Below are positions 61,443-64,000 of a DNA stretch of 64,000 nucleotides, piece after piece. Every line of letters starts with the position of its first letter. Position 1 is the first letter of the stretch. The translations under genes were made by a program, and so were the position numbers. The DNA is from an uncultured Gemmatimonadales bacterium. Its GTDB lineage: Bacteria; Gemmatimonadota; Gemmatimonadetes; Gemmatimonadales; Gemmatimonadaceae. The notes below the pieces were generated by a model, which made no database searches, was not told the DNA's origin, and saw nothing but the letters and a program-made list of their open reading frames with translations. The DNA lies in the NCBI GenBank assembly GCA_963851265.1, contig CAWKNZ010000002.1, forward strand, positions 736,001 to 800,000, in the 5' to 3' direction.

Positions 61443-62483
61443 TCATCGCGCCGCCGTCGTCTGCCCGAGCGCGCCCGCGATCATCGCCGGCGTCTGCTCG
61501 CGCATGCACCGCCAGTGTCCGAGCGGGCACACCCGCGGCCCGTGGCGGTCACACGGCCGGCACGCGAGGTCGTGCACCCCGGTCGTCGCGCTTTCCGGTG
61601 CGAGCGGCCCGAATCCGAAGGCCGGCACCGTCGGCCCGAACACCGTCAGCGTCGGCGTGCCCATCGCCGACGCGAGGTGCTGCGGCGCGGAGTCGTTGGT
61701 CACGAGTCGAACCGCCCGGCCGATCAACTCCGCGCTCGCGAGCAACGAGAGTCGTCCCGTCGCGTCGATCGCCCGCCCGGCCGGACAGGCGGCGACGATC
61801 GCCGATGCGAACTCGCGATCGTCGACTCCGCCCACGACTACGACCGCCACGTCGCCCGCCATCCGCGCCGCGAGCTCCGCGTAGTACGGCCACCGCTTCG
61901 TCGCCCACACGCTCCCCGGTGCCATCGCCACGAACGCCGCGCCGCCGAGCGGCCCGAGCACCGCGTCGACCGCCTCGCGTTCCGCGACGCCGGGGTACAG
62001 CCGCGGCCGCACTTCGTCCGCACTCGGCGCGGCGCCAAGCGCATCGGTCGGCAGCGCCAACGCCCAGAGTCGCTCCGTGTGGTGCCGGTCCGCCCGGTAG
62101 CGCACGACGCGCGTGTACAGCGCCCGCGCGTTCCGCGACGTGTCGAACCCGACCCGCTCGCCGGCGCCCGCGAGCACCGCGAGCACGGCACTGCGTGGCG
62201 ACCCCTGCGCCATGTACGCCGCCGCGTACGGCCCGCCGTCGCGCAGCCTCCGTCCGAGGCGCCACGTCCCGCGGAGGCCGCCGTCCCGCCCCCGCTTGTC
62301 GTAGACCAGCAGGTGCCTAACGAACGGATCGTGCGCCAGCAGCGCGTCCGCCCCCGCCCGCACCACCACGTCGACCGGTCCGCGTCGCGCCAACTCCCGG
62401 ATCAGCGGCGTGGTGAGCACGACATCGCCCAAGAACGACGTCTGCACCACGAGACTCGCTTCGGCCACGGCCCCGCGCGCCAC
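61443..62483 (-). CDS. Glycosyltransferase family 9 (LPS heptosyltransferase II-like)
   Basis: VQTSFLGDVVLTTP, APGSVWATKRW, TNDSAPQHLASA, VFGPT, CRPC. Confidence 0.9.
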   Translation of the reverse strand: MARGAVAEASLVVQTSFLGDVVLTTPLIRELARRGPVDVVVRAGADALLAHDPFVRHLLVYDKRGRDGGLRGTWRLGRRLRDGGPYAAAYMAQGSPRSAVLAVLAGAGERVGFDTSRNARALYTRVVRYRADRHHTERLWALALPTDALGAAPSADEVRPRLYPGVAEREAVDAVLGPLGGAAFVAMAPGSVWATKRWPYYAELAARMAGDVAVVVVGGVDDREFASAIVAACPAGRAIDATGRLSLLASAELIGRAVRLVTNDSAPQHLASAMGTPTLTVFGPTVPAFGFGPLAPESATTGVHDLACRPCDRHGPRVCPLGHWRCMREQTPAMIAGALGQTTAAR

Positions 62484-62505
62484 CCCGTCCCGAAAACCGC
62501 GGCCG

Positions 62506-64000
62506 CTAGTCGACCTGCAGGACGGCCAGGAACGCCTCCTGCGGAATTTCCACCGCGCCCACCTGCTTCATCCGCTTCTTCCCCTCCTTCTGCTTCTCCA
62601 GAAGCTTGCGCTTCCGCGAGATGTCCCCGCCGTAGCACTTCGCGAGCACGTCCTTCCGCAACGGCTTGACCGTCGTGCGCGCGATGACCTTCTGCCCGAT
62701 CGCGGCCTGGATCGCCACCTCGAACAGCTGTCGCGGAATCAGCTCCTTGAGCTTGTCCGCGATCTTCCGCCCCCAGTCGTACGCCTTGTCCTTGTGGATG
62801 ATGACCGAGAATGCGTCGATCGGGTCGCCGTTGATCAGCATGTCGAGGCGCACGAGGTCGCTCTCGCGGTAGCCGAGCATCTCGTAGTCGAGCGAGGCGT
62901 AGCCGCGGCTGACGGTCTTCATCCGGTCGAAGAAGTCGAGGATGATCTCGCCGAGCGGAAACTCCCAGTCGAACTCGACGCGCTCCGCGTCGAGGTACGT
63001 CATGTTCTTGTACACGCCGCGCCGCTCCGTGCCTAACGTCATCAGCGGCCCGATGTAGTCCTTCGGCGCCATGATCCGCGCCTTGACGTACGGCTCCTCC
63101 ACCCGGTCGATCACCGCCGGCGCGGGCATGAGCGACGGATTCTCGACCGTGACCAGCTCGCCGTCGGTCCGGTACACCTTGTACTCCACGCTCGGCACCG
63201 TCGTGACGAGGTCGAGGTCGAACTCGCGCTCCAGCCGCTCCTGCACGATCTCCATGTGCAGCAGCCCGAGGAACCCGCAGCGAAACCCGAAGCCCAACGC
63301 CGTCGACGTCTCCGGCTCGTACTGCAGCGACGCGTCGTTCAGCTGCAGCTTCTCGAGCGCGTCGCGGAGCAGCTCGTACTGCGTGGTGTCGGTCGGGTAG
63401 ATCCCCGCGAACACGAACGAGCGCACCTCCTGGTACCCGGGCAGCGCCTCGGGCGCCTTGTTGGTCGCGTCGAACACCGTGTCGCCCGCCCGCGTCTCGC
63501 GCACGGAGCGCACGTTCGCCACCACGTAGCCCACCTCGCCCGGCCCGAGCTGGTCGGCCTGCACCTGCCGCAGCTGGTTGTACCCGACCTCGGCCACCTC
63601 GTACACCGCGTCGTTCGTGCCGAAGGTGATCTGCATCTTCGGCTTGAGCACGCCGTCGACGACGCGCACGCTCGGGATCGCGCCGCGGTACTTGTCGTAG
63701 TACGAATCGTAGATGAGCGCGCGGAGCGGACCGCCCGCGTCGCCCACCGGCGCCGGCACGCGCTCGACCACCGCTTCGAGCAACTCGCTGATCCCGATCC
63801 CGGCCTTCGCCGACACGCGCAGGATGCCGTCCGCGTCCACGCCTAACAGGTCCGACACTTCCTGCGCGCGGCGGTCCGGCTCGGCACCCGGCAGGTCGAT
63901 CTTGTTCAGGATCGGGATGATCTCGAGCCCCGCGTCCATGGCGAGGAACAGGTTCGAGAGCGTCTGCGCCTGGATCCCCTGGCTCGCGTCGACCACGAGC
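62506..64000 (-). CDS. lepA: Translation elongation factor 4, 5' end outside the window
   Basis: [73 protein letters not shown]. Confidence 0.98.
   Translation of the reverse strand, partial: LVVDASQGIQAQTLSNLFLAMDAGLEIIPILNKIDLPGAEPDRRAQEVSDLLGVDADGILRVSAKAGIGISELLEAVVERVPAPVGDAGGPLRALIYDSYYDKYRGAIPSVRVVDGVLKPKMQITFGTNDAVYEVAEVGYNQLRQVQADQLGPGEVGYVVANVRSVRETRAGDTVFDATNKAPEALPGYQEVRSFVFAGIYPTDTTQYELLRDALEKLQLNDASLQYEPETSTALGFGFRCGFLGLLHMEIVQERLEREFDLDLVTTVPSVEYKVYRTDGELVTVENPSLMPAPAVIDRVEEPYVKARIMAPKDYIGPLMTLGTERRGVYKNMTYLDAERVEFDWEFPLGEIILDFFDRMKTVSRGYASLDYEMLGYRESDLVRLDMLINGDPIDAFSVIIHKDKAYDWGRKIADKLKELIPRQLFEVAIQAAIGQKVIARTTVKPLRKDVLAKCYGGDISRKRKLLEKQKEGKKRMKQVGAVEIPQEAFLAVLQVD

Overview
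A very GC-rich (about 74% by eye) bacterial chromosomal window. Gene content and order suggest Gemmatimonadota, Gemmatirosa-like (inference). It is densely coding, with about 54 CDS and two tRNAs (Lys-TTT, Asn-GTT). Housekeeping genes: peptide ABC transporter, lipoate ligase, gcvP/gcvH, coaE, tdk, holB, ackA, purE/purK, a uvrA, pckA, maeB, nfo, ftsE/ftsX/envC-like and lepA. Accessory content: a glycogen/trehalose pair and a general-stress-like cluster (PfpI, NTF2, nucleotidyltransferase/metallophosphoesterase, Zn-dehydrogenase, SRPBCC, SDR, SodC). I see no CRISPR array, integrase or intact IS. Most notable observations: (1) a non-palindromic 8-mer GCCTAACR/YGTTAGGC occurs at least 29 times, in several reading frames and between genes, often forcing the rare TTA codon; (2) a two-gene membrane operon whose first protein carries a PmoC/AmoC-like D-x3-H-x12-H metal motif and whose second has a PmoB-like topology with an N-terminal His; (3) a CxxC/RGPP (DUF2946/CruR-like) leader ORF upstream of a ZnuD-like TonB-dependent receptor; (4) a divergent nucleotidyltransferase/phosphoesterase pair; (5) a STAS-HATPase plus STAS-wHTH pair upstream of ftsEX; (6) widespread leaderless-type TANNNT-N5-9-start promoters.
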